Positions 1 to 9,547 of a DNA stretch of 64,000 bases are shown here, one piece after another (positions within the stretch are counted from its first letter, which is position 1; each line of letters opens with the position of its first letter). The notes below the pieces were generated by a model. That model was given only the letters and a program-made list of their open reading frames with translations. It did not search any database and was not told where the DNA came from. The stretch is from Bacillota bacterium (lineage in GTDB: Bacteria > Bacillota > Sulfobacillia > Fermentithermobacillales > Fermentithermobacillaceae). Both the position numbers and the translations under genes were made by a program. The stretch covers positions 101,376 to 165,375 of the forward strand of contig JAPXKJ010000001.1 of the NCBI GenBank assembly GCA_033810155.1, given 5' to 3'.

Positions 1-1537
1 AGAGATTGAAATAGAGTCGTTCAAGCCTGAAGAATATTGGACATTGGAAGCGCTTCTCAGAGGGGAAAAAGGGACTGTAAAAGCAAAGTACTACGGCTAT
101 CTAGGAAAAAAGCGAGAACTTAAGACATTTTCCGATGTCGAGCAGGTTCTTCATGACATCAAAGGTGCTGAGTTTGCTGTAGCATCGGTAGTGCAAAAAG
201 AAAGAAGGAAGAATCCGCCGTTTCCTTTTACTACCTCTACACTTCAACAAGAAGCATCACGGAAACTTGGTTTTCCTGTCAGCAAGACGATGATGGTTGC
301 TCAAGGCCTTTACGAAGGAGTCGAACTAGGTAAGACCGGGTACACAGGCCTTATTACATACATGAGGACTGATTCAACCCGAGTCTCTCCGATCGCCGAG
401 GCAGAAGCGAAAAGTTTTATCGAATCGACTTACGGGAAAGAGTACGTAGGTAAAAGAAGCAGAAGAGGCAAGACTCAGAGAGGGGTTCAGGATGCTCACG
501 AATCAATAAGGCCTACAAGTGTGTTAAGGACACCGTCCGAGGTCAAACCTTTTCTAAAGCGGGATCAGTACAAGCTGTATTCCCTAATATGGGAAAGATT
601 TGTAGCAAGTCAAATGAGCCCCGCGGTCTATGATACCGTAACGTGCGATATAGAGGCCAACAGACATACTTTCAGGGTAACGGGGTCGAGGCTGAAATTT
701 GCCGGCTTCACAAAGATCTACGAGGAAGGGCAAGATAATCACGAAGAACCAGAGGCGGATATTATCCCTCTTTCTGAGAATGAAAAACTCAAGTTAGAAG
801 ACGTAGAATACGCTCAACATTTCACAGAGCCGCCCCAGAGATATACTGAAGCCACCCTTGTGAAGACCCTTGAGGCAAACGGTATAGGCAGACCTTCTAC
901 TTACGCGCCAATAATTGCTACGCTCATAGAACGCGAATACGTAAGCAGAGAGAATCGCTCGCTTCGGCCGACTGAACTTGGCAGGCTTGTTGATAGCATA
1001 CTAAGACAAAACTTCCCCTCTATTGTGGACATCGGTTTTACGGCTGAGATGGAGAAAAAACTGGATGCTGTAGAGGATGGTTCGTCGCGATGGAACGATG
1101 TGATATCTGACTTCTGGGGACCTTTCAAGGAGCAAATAGAAAGAGCAGAAACAGAGGTAGAGAAAGTTCACATCCAAGATGAATTGGCGGGAATCGATTG
1201 TGAAAAGTGCGGCCGTCCAATGGTCATAAAACGGGGCAGATACGGCAAATTCATAGCCTGCTCAGGCTATCCGGAATGCAAGAACACAAAACCTTTTGTT
1301 GAGAAGACAGGCGCGGTATGTCCCAAGTGCAAAGGAGACATTGTAGTTCGACGTTCCAAGAAAGGGCGAGTGTTCTACGGCTGCTCAAATTACCCAGACT
1401 GCGATTTTGTTTCCTGGTATCGGCCAATACCAGACAAAATATGCCCGAAGTGCGGCTCATTTATGGTTCAAAAAGGCGGGAAGTCAAAGGGCTATCAATG
1501 TGCAAACCCTGAATGTGGCTATACGCAAAAGAACTGA
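1..1537 (+). CDS. topA: DNA topoisomerase I, C-terminal portion (5' end cut by window edge)
   Basis: Open frame runs from base 1. Conserved topo IA motifs are present, plus three C-terminal CxxC...CxxC zinc-ribbon repeats (CEKCGRPM..., CPKCKGD..., CPKCGSF...). Position ahead of codV-hslVU-codY matches Bacillus synteny. Confidence 0.85.
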   Translation, partial: EIEIESFKPEEYWTLEALLRGEKGTVKAKYYGYLGKKRELKTFSDVEQVLHDIKGAEFAVASVVQKERRKNPPFPFTTSTLQQEASRKLGFPVSKTMMVAQGLYEGVELGKTGYTGLITYMRTDSTRVSPIAEAEAKSFIESTYGKEYVGKRSRRGKTQRGVQDAHESIRPTSVLRTPSEVKPFLKRDQYKLYSLIWERFVASQMSPAVYDTVTCDIEANRHTFRVTGSRLKFAGFTKIYEEGQDNHEEPEADIIPLSENEKLKLEDVEYAQHFTEPPQRYTEATLVKTLEANGIGRPSTYAPIIATLIEREYVSRENRSLRPTELGRLVDSILRQNFPSIVDIGFTAEMEKKLDAVEDGSSRWNDVISDFWGPFKEQIERAETEVEKVHIQDELAGIDCEKCGRPMVIKRGRYGKFIACSGYPECKNTKPFVEKTGAVCPKCKGDIVVRRSKKGRVFYGCSNYPDCDFVSWYRPIPDKICPKCGSFMVQKGGKSKGYQCANPECGYTQKN

Positions 1538-1582
1538 GAATATTGCGATAACTGGTTGATGTAGGTTCGGCCTGATGGTAAC

Positions 1583-2686
1583 ATGGGTTTAACGCACTTC
1601 ATGTTAACTTACTATGTGGATTGTCCCAGGGAAGGCGGTTCAATGGCGAATTCACTTCTTGACTGGAAAGAAGCGTTCCTAGTAGAAATTAGCATTTCAA
1701 GAACCCAGAGCCCCAATACTATTGAGGCATACGCCTACGATCTAGACCAGTTTTTTGATTTTATCGTTTCTAAGCATTCCAAAAACGATATTGAGTCCAT
1801 ACACCCGTCTGATGTTAGTTCAGAAGACATTCGCGAATACATCGTCTATCTCGGTCAACAAGGCTACAAAGGTTCATCTATCTCCAGGAAGCTTTCGTCT
1901 GTGAGAAGTTTCTGTCGCTTCCTTACTGCTAGAGAGGTCTTGGAAACCAATCCTGCGAAGGGAGTTAGTTCTCGAAAAACCCATACCTACTTGCCCAAAG
2001 TCCTTTCTGAGGAAGATGCAAAAAGGCTCCTCGAATGCATTGATACTCAAACACCATATGGCAAACGAGACCGAGCGATAATTGAGTTACTGTACGGCGC
2101 GGGCTTGAGAATCAGCGAGCTAGCAAAACTAAATGTAGGTGACGTCGACTATTCTTTAGGTTTTGTTCAAGTGATAGGTAAAGGCGATAAAGAGCGGTTT
2201 GTGCCGATAGGATCTATTGCTATAGACGCACTAGGAGACTACCTTGAAAATGGCAGGCCTTTCTTTGAGCAAAATCGATCGAAGGCACCTGAATCCAGCC
2301 TATCCTTAGGGAACCAAGCCGTCCGAACTACCAAGAAGCCCTTATTCTTGAACAAGTCGGGCCAAAGATTGTCTGTAAGATCAATTAGGAGAATACTTGA
2401 CAAGCATTTGCTGGCTGCAGGCTTGGACCCTTCGCAATGCTCGCCTCACACGTTGAGACATTCGTTTGCAACGCACCTGATTTCCGGGGGAGCAGATTTA
2501 CGCTCAGTGCAAGACATGTTAGGACACGCAAGCATCACCACCACCCAGATATATACGCATGTTCTCCCTGAACGTTTAAAGCAAGTTTACGAAAACGCTC
2601 ACCCAAGGGCCCATTCTTCTCACGAGGGCACCGGAGAAGACACACGTATCGACTTGGCGGAAGCAGAAAGGAAGCGAAAGAAGTGA
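1583..2686 (+). CDS. xerC: Tyrosine site-specific recombinase XerC/CodV
   Basis: Carries the catalytic R...HxxR...Y signature (LRHSFATHL..., HASITTTQIYTHV). N-terminal SAM-like core-binding domain present. Start could instead be ATG 1643. Confidence 0.8.
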   Translation: MGLTHFMLTYYVDCPREGGSMANSLLDWKEAFLVEISISRTQSPNTIEAYAYDLDQFFDFIVSKHSKNDIESIHPSDVSSEDIREYIVYLGQQGYKGSSISRKLSSVRSFCRFLTAREVLETNPAKGVSSRKTHTYLPKVLSEEDAKRLLECIDTQTPYGKRDRAIIELLYGAGLRISELAKLNVGDVDYSLGFVQVIGKGDKERFVPIGSIAIDALGDYLENGRPFFEQNRSKAPESSLSLGNQAVRTTKKPLFLNKSGQRLSVRSIRRILDKHLLAAGLDPSQCSPHTLRHSFATHLISGGADLRSVQDMLGHASITTTQIYTHVLPERLKQVYENAHPRAHSSHEGTGEDTRIDLAEAERKRKK

Positions 2687-3240
2687 GCAATTACCCGAAA
2701 GATCGCATATTGAGTACTACCGTATTGGCAGTAAGAGCCAGAGGGAAAGCCGCCATGGCAGGCGACGGGCAAGTGACTCTTGAGGGCAGCAACACCATTC
2801 TCAAAACAACAGCTAGAAAAGTTCGCAGGATATACAAAGATTCAGTCATCGCAGGTTTTGCAGGGTCTGTCGGAGATGCACTGACCTTGTTCGACAAACT
2901 TGAAGGATATCTTGAACAAACCAGAGGAGACTTGATGAAGTCTACCATATCATTGGCCAAAGAGTGGCGAACTGACAGGATGCTGAGGCAACTCCAAGCG
3001 ATGCTTCTGTGCATGGATCGCTCCCAATTGTTGCTCGTTTCAGGTACGGGAGAGGTGATTGAGCCTGATGAGCCTATAATTGCGATTGGTTCCGGGGGAC
3101 CTTACGCAACGGCTGCTGCCAAGGCGCTTTATCGCTTCACTGAGATGGATGCCACCTCTATTGCTAGAGAATCGCTTAAGATAGCCGCATCCATATGCAT
3201 ATATACGAATGAAAACATCATAGTTGAGGAGTTGGATTGA
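2683..3240 (+). CDS. hslV: ATP-dependent protease subunit HslV (ClpQ)
   Basis: 185 aa N-terminal nucleophile hydrolase. Bacillus-type pro-sequence then STTVLAV...GDGQVT motif. Overlaps xerC stop and precedes hslU. Confidence 0.85.
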   Translation: MSNYPKDRILSTTVLAVRARGKAAMAGDGQVTLEGSNTILKTTARKVRRIYKDSVIAGFAGSVGDALTLFDKLEGYLEQTRGDLMKSTISLAKEWRTDRMLRQLQAMLLCMDRSQLLLVSGTGEVIEPDEPIIAIGSGGPYATAAAKALYRFTEMDATSIARESLKIAASICIYTNENIIVEELD

Positions 3241-3267
3241 CTCCCTGAGATATAAGGAGGGATTCTG

Positions 3268-4680
3268 GTGGAAGAGCTTACGCCCCGCGTTATAGTGCAA
3301 GAACTGGACAAGCATATAGTTGGACAGGCAAGTGCAAAGCGAGCAGTATCTGTGGCAGTTCGTAACAGGCTTAGGAGACAAAAAGTGCCTGAAGAGATGC
3401 AAGAGGATATTATCCCGAAGAACATATTGTTGATGGGACCTACCGGCGTAGGAAAGACGGAGATCTGTAGGCGATTAGCAAAACTCGTTAATGCCCCTTT
3501 TGTGAAGGTAGAAGCGTCTAAGTTTACCGAAGTAGGTTATGTTGGAAGGGATGTCGACTCAATTATTCGCGACCTTGTTGAGAACGCAGTTAGCACCACA
3601 AAGAAAGAGAATCTAGAACGAGTCCTTGAAAAAGCTCGTATTCAGGCTGAAGAAAGACTTTTGGACGTTCTTTGCCCTCTTCCAAAGAAAGAAAGGTCTC
3701 AACGCAATCCTTTTGAAATGTTGTTTGGTGGCGCAAAAGAGCATGAAGAGAAAAACGATCAAGAAGAAAGCGAGGAGTATGTTGATAGACTTCGCAAGAT
3801 ACAGGCGGAAAGGAAAGAAATCCGCGAACGTCTTAGGGCAGGGGAATTGGATGAAAAGCAAGTCGAGATAGAAGTAGAGCATGCACCTTCCCAGCGGTTG
3901 GAGTTTTTTGATGGGTTTAACGTGCAAGAGATGGAGTTGGACATGGAAAACCTCTTTGGAGGTCTCTTGCCAAAGCAGACGAAAAAAAAGAAAGTGACGG
4001 TTCGAGAAGCCAGGAAGATACTCACCCAAGAAGAAGCAGATAAACTCATAGATGAAGATCAAGTCGTAGCAGAAGCTTTGGAGAGATGTGAGCAATTGGG
4101 TATCGTCTTTCTAGACGAATTAGATAAGATCGCGGGAAGAGAAACAGGGATGGGTCCGGATGTGTCTAGAGAAGGAGTTCAGAGAGACCTTCTGCCTATT
4201 GTGGAAGGAACAACAGTTATCACCAAATATGGCCCCATAAAGACCGATCACATATTGTTTATCGGCGCGGGTGCTTTCCATGTCAGCAAGCCTTCTGACA
4301 TGATCCCGGAATTGCAGGGCCGCTTTCCGATAAGGGTCGAACTTGACCCGCTAGAGGAGGAGGATTTTGTAAGGATCCTAAAAGAACCCGAGAACTCACT
4401 AACGCGGCAGTATAAGGAGCTCTTGGCAACCGATAGTGTGGAACTCAACTTCACTGAGGATGGAATCAGGGAAATCGCACGTATGGCATTTATCGTGAAC
4501 CAGCAGGATGAGAATATTGGAGCCCGTCGGCTTCACACAGTGATGGAAAAGGTTCTCGAAGACGTCTTGTTTGACGCCCCTGATGGTGTGCAAGGGGAAG
4601 TTGTCGTTAACAAGGAGTATGTTTCCGCCAAAATAGGAGACCTGGTAAGAGATAGAGATCTGACAAGATACATTCTCTAG
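3268..4680 (+). CDS. hslU: ATP-dependent protease ATPase subunit HslU (ClpY)
   Basis: 470 aa AAA+ protein. Walker A GPTGVGKTE, inserted coiled-coil I-domain, C-terminal sensor. GTG start preceded by AAGGAGGG. Confidence 0.9.
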   Translation: MEELTPRVIVQELDKHIVGQASAKRAVSVAVRNRLRRQKVPEEMQEDIIPKNILLMGPTGVGKTEICRRLAKLVNAPFVKVEASKFTEVGYVGRDVDSIIRDLVENAVSTTKKENLERVLEKARIQAEERLLDVLCPLPKKERSQRNPFEMLFGGAKEHEEKNDQEESEEYVDRLRKIQAERKEIRERLRAGELDEKQVEIEVEHAPSQRLEFFDGFNVQEMELDMENLFGGLLPKQTKKKKVTVREARKILTQEEADKLIDEDQVVAEALERCEQLGIVFLDELDKIAGRETGMGPDVSREGVQRDLLPIVEGTTVITKYGPIKTDHILFIGAGAFHVSKPSDMIPELQGRFPIRVELDPLEEEDFVRILKEPENSLTRQYKELLATDSVELNFTEDGIREIARMAFIVNQQDENIGARRLHTVMEKVLEDVLFDAPDGVQGEVVVNKEYVSAKIGDLVRDRDLTRYIL

Positions 4681-4708
4681 ATAGAACCAGGAAAAAAGGA
4701 GAAGACAG

Positions 4709-5485
4709 ATGCAGGTATTGCTTGAGAAAACCAGAAAAATGAATGAACTATTGCGAAACGCAGCAACAGAAGTCGACTTTCAGGCAATTGCGAGAGTGGT
4801 TAGAGGCTCGCTCGAGTGCAACATTTTCATATTAAATGGAAGCGGCCACATAATGGGGTATTCGTTGTGTCAGGACTTCGAATGCCCTGTCCTTGATGAA
4901 CAAGTCCTCAAGCCAAATAGATTCCCTGTTGCATGTATCAACGGCCTTTCGGACGATCGCAACGTAGTTCCAGATGTCCAGCATCATAAAGGAGACTGCG
5001 TATTTGATGACGCTGTGGAGTGCCCCTACAGAAGTATGGTTACTACTGTAGTTCCCGTCGTATCTGGAGGCGAAAGACTAGGTACACTTGTCCTGAGCAA
5101 GATATCTGGAGAAATGCAGACTCCCGAACTCATTCTGGTTGAACATGCCGCTACAGTGACAGCGATGGAGATGATCCGCCATAGTCAAGAACTGGTTGAA
5201 GAAGAAGCCAGGCAACAAGCTGCGGTCCAGGTCGCCCTAGGCACTTTGTCATTCTCTGAACTCAATGCTATGAAGCACATATTCGACGAACTCGGGGATT
5301 CAGAAGGGTATCTTGTTGCCTCTAGGGTAGCAGACAGAGTAGGCATAACCCGCTCCGTCATAGTAAACGCATTGAGGAAATTCGAATCGGCCGGAGTGAT
5401 AGAAACCAGGTCTTTAGGCATGAAAGGCACGTATATCAGAGTCCTCAATGAGAAGCTCCTTGATGAATTGAATAAACTCAGGTAA
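4709..5485 (+). CDS. codY: GTP-sensing pleiotropic transcriptional repressor CodY
   Basis: 258 aa. N-terminal GAF-like domain and C-terminal winged HTH (ASRVADRVGITRSVIVNALRKFESAGVIE). Downstream of hslU as in Bacillus. Confidence 0.9.
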   Translation: MQVLLEKTRKMNELLRNAATEVDFQAIARVVRGSLECNIFILNGSGHIMGYSLCQDFECPVLDEQVLKPNRFPVACINGLSDDRNVVPDVQHHKGDCVFDDAVECPYRSMVTTVVPVVSGGERLGTLVLSKISGEMQTPELILVEHAATVTAMEMIRHSQELVEEEARQQAAVQVALGTLSFSELNAMKHIFDELGDSEGYLVASRVADRVGITRSVIVNALRKFESAGVIETRSLGMKGTYIRVLNEKLLDELNKLR

Positions 5486-5589
5486 TTACTACAAGATGTA
5501 ACATTTTCCCGATAATCAAAGAAGGAATTCACAAAGTCGCGTAGAATGTCATAAGACAATACAACTGAATAGCCGGGTTTTTTCCGCAA

Positions 5590-5668
5590 CCGAGAAGGGC
5601 AAATCTGTCAAAAGACAGAGACGCAAAGCTACGGGTCTAAAGTGGACGTAAAGACAACCACTATGACC
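5590..5668 (+). promoter_or_regulatory. c-di-GMP-I (GEMM) riboswitch aptamer in the flgB leader
   Basis: Sequence GGGCAAAUCUGUC-AAAA-GACAGAGACGCAAAGC with a P1 hairpin, then a P2 hairpin GGGUC..GUGG..CCAC..GACC. The GGCAAA and ACGCAAAGC blocks are at the positions seen in Vc2/Cd1 GEMM-I aptamers. Followed by an intrinsic terminator. Confidence 0.6.
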
Positions 5669-5699
5669 GCCGGGCTACCGAAAGGCGGCTGTTTTTTAG
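5666..5699 (+). terminator. Intrinsic terminator / riboswitch expression platform
   Basis: GCCGCC-gggcuaccgaaa-GGCGGC stem followed by UGUUUUUU. The 5' arm overlaps the 3' strand of aptamer P2. Confidence 0.55.
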
Positions 5700-5702
5700 C
5701 GC

Positions 5703-5732
5703 TAACCTTCCGATAGTATTTGCGGAAGGTTA
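5703..5732 (+). repeat. Perfect 10-bp inverted repeat (TAACCTTCCG-n10-CGGAAGGTTA) before the flgB RBS, followed by a U-rich tract
   Basis: Seen directly in sequence. Could be a second terminator/attenuator hairpin or a protein operator. Confidence 0.4.
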
Positions 5733-5762
5733 TTTGTTCATAAAGGGGGGTATGAACAACTT

Positions 5763-6146
5763 ATGTATGATATATCGCAATTGATGCAGCTAGGGCTGGA
5801 TGGTCTCTGGCTGAGGCACGATCTTCTATCGAGTAACGTAGCAAACAGCGAGACTCCCGGATACAAAAAGGCTGATTTGGATTTCTCCTCGTATCTCAAA
5901 AGAGCTGTAAACAAAACACCTATTAGGTTGAACACTACAAGCCCGATACATATTCAAGGCTCGAGTTTCACAACCACCGCGATAACCCGCGATCCGTCTA
6001 GCATCACACCAGATGGTAACAATGTGGACATTGACAAAGAGATGGCAGAGGTCTCAGCAAACGCTCTTCATTATTCGGCGATTTCAAGGCAACTAACGTC
6101 ACACTTATCGCTATTGAGAAAGTCCATCACAGAAGGGAGGAGGTAG
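5763..6146 (+). CDS. flgB: Flagellar basal-body rod protein FlgB
   Basis: 127 aa. N-terminal rod motif (SNVANSETPGYK). First gene of the fla operon. Confidence 0.85.
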   Translation: MYDISQLMQLGLDGLWLRHDLLSSNVANSETPGYKKADLDFSSYLKRAVNKTPIRLNTTSPIHIQGSSFTTTAITRDPSSITPDGNNVDIDKEMAEVSANALHYSAISRQLTSHLSLLRKSITEGRR

Positions 6147-6149
6147 TCA

Positions 6150-6587
6150 GTGAACCTGTTTTCGTCCATTGAAACAAGTGCTTCCGGGCTCACAGCTCAG
6201 AGGTTTCGCCTTGACCTAATATCGTCTAATTTAGCAAACGCTGAAAGCGTACAGGCAGATGATGGCAAGATCTATAGACGAAAAGTTGCAATATTCGCCC
6301 CTAGAAGCGGGCAAAGTTCATTTAAAAGTCTCCTATCGGCAGAGATGTCAAACGCATTTGGAGTAAAAGTGATAGGCGTAGCCGAAGACAATTCGCCACT
6401 TAGACAAGTATATGACCCTGGACATCCAAATGCTAATCAAGATGGTTACGTAACGTACCCTAATGTTGATGTTGTTACCGAAATGGTAGACATGATGGCA
6501 GCTACCAGAGCATACGAAGCTAATGTTACCGCTATTGAAGCCTCGAAAGCAATGATGCAAAAGGCCCTGGAAATGCTAAGAGTCTAG
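6150..6587 (+). CDS. flgC: Flagellar basal-body rod protein FlgC
   Basis: 145 aa. SGLTAQRFRLDLISSNLANA N-terminal motif and C-terminal rod motif. Confidence 0.9.
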   Translation: MNLFSSIETSASGLTAQRFRLDLISSNLANAESVQADDGKIYRRKVAIFAPRSGQSSFKSLLSAEMSNAFGVKVIGVAEDNSPLRQVYDPGHPNANQDGYVTYPNVDVVTEMVDMMAATRAYEANVTAIEASKAMMQKALEMLRV

Positions 6588-6663
6588 AAAGTCAGTTTAT
6601 CTGACAAAAGTGTATCAGCAAGGATTATACATAAGAGTTCGACAAACTTCAGGGGGGAATCTA

Positions 6664-6966
6664 GTGTTGATTAGACCAGTTTCGACATCTGTTACGGACG
6701 TAACAAAAAGCATCTCCAAGAACAAAGTTTCCCAAGGCCCAGAGAACACATCTTTTCGGAACGTTTTTGAGCAAATGTATGGGGCAGTAGAGACCCTAGA
6801 TCAGGAACTGGTGGCATCCCAGATCGACTTGGTTACCGGCAATGCCCGGGATATGCACACTGCCATACTATCCGCCGAGAAAGCAAGCCTGACGCTAGAT
6901 CTAGTGATCGCAGTCAGGAACAAAGCTATTGAAGCGTACCAAGAAATAATGAGGATGCCTTTATAG
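6664..6966 (+). CDS. fliE: Flagellar hook-basal body complex protein FliE
   Basis: About 100 aa from GTG 6664 (RBS AGGGGGGAA). ORF track extends to 6610. Conserved C-terminal FliE helix. Confidence 0.75.
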   Translation: MLIRPVSTSVTDVTKSISKNKVSQGPENTSFRNVFEQMYGAVETLDQELVASQIDLVTGNARDMHTAILSAEKASLTLDLVIAVRNKAIEAYQEIMRMPL

Positions 6967-6998
6967 GCGCCAGTACCTGAGAGTAGGTGTAAAGAAAC

Positions 6999-8531
6999 AT
7001 GCCCGAATCTTTATCGACAATTGGTGGAGGTATCAAAAACGCGTGGGGTAATCTCAGCAAACCTCAAAGGATTATAGTCATTTCAAGTGGTACAGTTGTC
7101 CTTATCCTTTTGATGATTCTGGTCATTACCTTCGCGAAAGGCCCAGACTATGAAGTTCTTTGGTCAAACCTTGATCCTACCGATGCGGGAGAGATAGTAA
7201 ACGAGCTAGAGAAACAGGGCATCCCATATAGTCTGTCCGATGGCGGTCGTACCATAAAGATTCCGGCAGAACAAGTATACAGAACGCGGCTATCGCTTTC
7301 CACCATAGGACTCCCGTCATCAGGCATAGTAGGGTTTGAGAGTGTGGGTTCGAGCGGTATTTGGTCTACTGATTTTGAACGCCAAGTACAGTACGTGAGG
7401 GCGCTTTCGGGCGAACTCACGAGAACGGTTAAGGCAATTACAGGGATAGAAGATGCCAGAGTGCATATCGTATTGCCCGACCCTTCTGTGTTCATAAACG
7501 AAAACAAAGCGGCGACAGCCGCTGTGCTTGTGAAAACTAGACCTGGATATGAACTCCCATCAAGTTCGGTGCGAGGTATAGTAAATCTTGTGTCTAGTTC
7601 AGTTGAAGGTCTGTCGCCCAGCAATGTCACTGTGGTAGATGCATCAGGTAGACTCTTATCACAACAATCAGGACACGATTACGCTGTTAATGGAGAACTC
7701 CCGCCTAATTCTGTGCTAGAGCTAACGTCGAATACTGAAAGAGAACTTGAACAAAGACTTTTAGCCCTACTTACACCAGTGTTGGGCCCTGGAAATGTGG
7801 TATGTCAGGTAAGGGCCGAACTTAACATGGATCAGGTAAGAATAACCGATACCGAGTATGCTTCTGAACCTCCGGGCATATTACGCAGTACTCAAGAAAC
7901 AGCTGAAGTCTACCAAGGGACTGGGGCCGTCGTCGGTGGCACTGCAGGGGGGCTCGACGTACCTTCGTACGTTACTCCCGGGGAAGGTGAGACTCAATAC
8001 CAACGCACTGACGTGGTCGAAAACTTTGAAGTTAACGAAAGAATTACTGAGACTATCGTAACCCCGGGAACTATAAAACGTCTGTCTGTCGCAGTAGTCG
8101 TCAACAAAAACCTCGAGGAAGACATGAAAGATTCTATAATTGAAACGGTTTCAGCTGCTTTGGGCCTTGACTCATCAAGACAAGACCAGATATCTGTAAC
8201 AGGCGTGTTTTTTGATACTACCTTAGCAGAAACTATAGGTAGCGCCCTCACACCAGAGGAAACCTTTCCGCGAGTCTATATCTATGCCGCAATAGCATCA
8301 GCGGCTGTGATTTTGGGTATAATCATCTTTTTCGTGACGAGACGCAGAAGAAGCGAGGATCAAGAGGTTGTGCTTCCTTCACCGGACATCCTGGGAGAAG
8401 AATTGCCATCTATACCTCCCGAAACTCTAGCTAGGCAAAGAAGCCGCGAGAATGTTGAAAGACTAGCGCGAACCAACCCCGAGGTAGTAGCTACTCTTAT
8501 CAAATCGTGGTTATTGGAGGATGAGCGATAA
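6999..8531 (+). CDS. fliF: Flagellar MS-ring protein FliF
   Basis: 510 aa. N- and C-terminal TM segments with a periplasmic ring domain. Confidence 0.9.
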   Translation: MPESLSTIGGGIKNAWGNLSKPQRIIVISSGTVVLILLMILVITFAKGPDYEVLWSNLDPTDAGEIVNELEKQGIPYSLSDGGRTIKIPAEQVYRTRLSLSTIGLPSSGIVGFESVGSSGIWSTDFERQVQYVRALSGELTRTVKAITGIEDARVHIVLPDPSVFINENKAATAAVLVKTRPGYELPSSSVRGIVNLVSSSVEGLSPSNVTVVDASGRLLSQQSGHDYAVNGELPPNSVLELTSNTERELEQRLLALLTPVLGPGNVVCQVRAELNMDQVRITDTEYASEPPGILRSTQETAEVYQGTGAVVGGTAGGLDVPSYVTPGEGETQYQRTDVVENFEVNERITETIVTPGTIKRLSVAVVVNKNLEEDMKDSIIETVSAALGLDSSRQDQISVTGVFFDTTLAETIGSALTPEETFPRVYIYAAIASAAVILGIIIFFVTRRRRSEDQEVVLPSPDILGEELPSIPPETLARQRSRENVERLARTNPEVVATLIKSWLLEDER

Positions 8532-9547
8532 TGAGTGTACACAAGGGGGGATTAAGCGGAAGAGAAAAGTCTGCCATACTTCTCATAGCTCTTGGGCCGG
8601 ATCTATCCGCCCAAGTCATGAAGCATCTGAGGGATGAGGATATCGATGTTCTCACTCTCGAAATCGCCTCAATTCGTAAAGTAGAACAAGAGACAAAAGA
8701 CAAGGTGCTAGAAGAATTCAATGATATGTGCCTAGCTCAGGAGTACCTTGAAGAAGGAGGCATTGACTACGCAAGAACCATTTTGGAAAAAGCCCTTGGG
8801 AAGGACGAAGCTCAGCACGTGCTAGCACGGCTAACTTCGTCATTGCAGGTACGACCTTTTGACACGGTTAGAAAGGCGGATCCTGCCCAAATTCTCAATT
8901 TTTTAGAAAACGAATCCCCGCAGACGATAGCCTTGGTCCTTAGCTACTTGCATCCTTCTCAATCCGCAGAAATCATGTCCTCGCTAGAGCCTGATCTGCA
9001 AGTAGAAGTTGCCCGTAGGATTTCGATTATGGATCGGACAACCCCAGACATCGTAAAAGAGATAGAACGTGTGCTTGAGAGGAAGATCTTATCGATGGCT
9101 GGACAAGACTATACTCAAGCAGGAGGCATATCAGCGGTAGTTGAAATCCTCAACAACGTAGACAGACAGACGGAAAAGACGATCCTAAGCGCCCTAGAGA
9201 TGGAAGCTCCCGATCTTGCCGAAGAAATCAAGCGCCGAATGTTCTTGTTCGAGGACATTGTCTATCTCGACGATAGGTCGGTTCAACGCTTCTTGCGCGA
9301 TGTGGACCTTGGACGAGATCTTCCCCTTGCACTCAAGACCGCGTCCGAAGAGGTCAAGAGCAAGATATACAGAAATCTGTCTTCGCGCGCCGCAGAAACC
9401 CTCAAAGAAAGCATAGATTACCTTGGACCAGTAAGAATGCGCGATGTTGAAGAGGCCCAACAAAAAATCGTGTCAGTGATCCGCAGACTTGAAGAACAAG
9501 GGGAGATCATCATCGGTCGCGGTGGAGGAGATGAGATAGTTGTCTAG
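8531..9547 (+). CDS. fliG: Flagellar motor switch protein FliG
   Basis: 338 aa. FliG N-, middle and C-domains. Confidence 0.9.
   Translation: MSVHKGGLSGREKSAILLIALGPDLSAQVMKHLRDEDIDVLTLEIASIRKVEQETKDKVLEEFNDMCLAQEYLEEGGIDYARTILEKALGKDEAQHVLARLTSSLQVRPFDTVRKADPAQILNFLENESPQTIALVLSYLHPSQSAEIMSSLEPDLQVEVARRISIMDRTTPDIVKEIERVLERKILSMAGQDYTQAGGISAVVEILNNVDRQTEKTILSALEMEAPDLAEEIKRRMFLFEDIVYLDDRSVQRFLRDVDLGRDLPLALKTASEEVKSKIYRNLSSRAAETLKESIDYLGPVRMRDVEEAQQKIVSVIRRLEEQGEIIIGRGGGDEIVV

Noticed and set aside
5490-5560. CodY-box (AATTTTCWGAAAATT) and sigma-D -35/-10 search in the codY-flgB spacer
   Set aside because: Best matches (…CATTTTCCCGATAAT…, TCCGATAG) are only about 9/15 and 6/8 identities, too weak to call. 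The promoter for the fla operon is unassigned.
5655-5699. First reading as a plain codY transcription terminator
   Set aside because: The upstream 80 nt matches the GEMM-I aptamer, so the hairpin is better explained as the riboswitch expression platform. It may still also end codY transcription.
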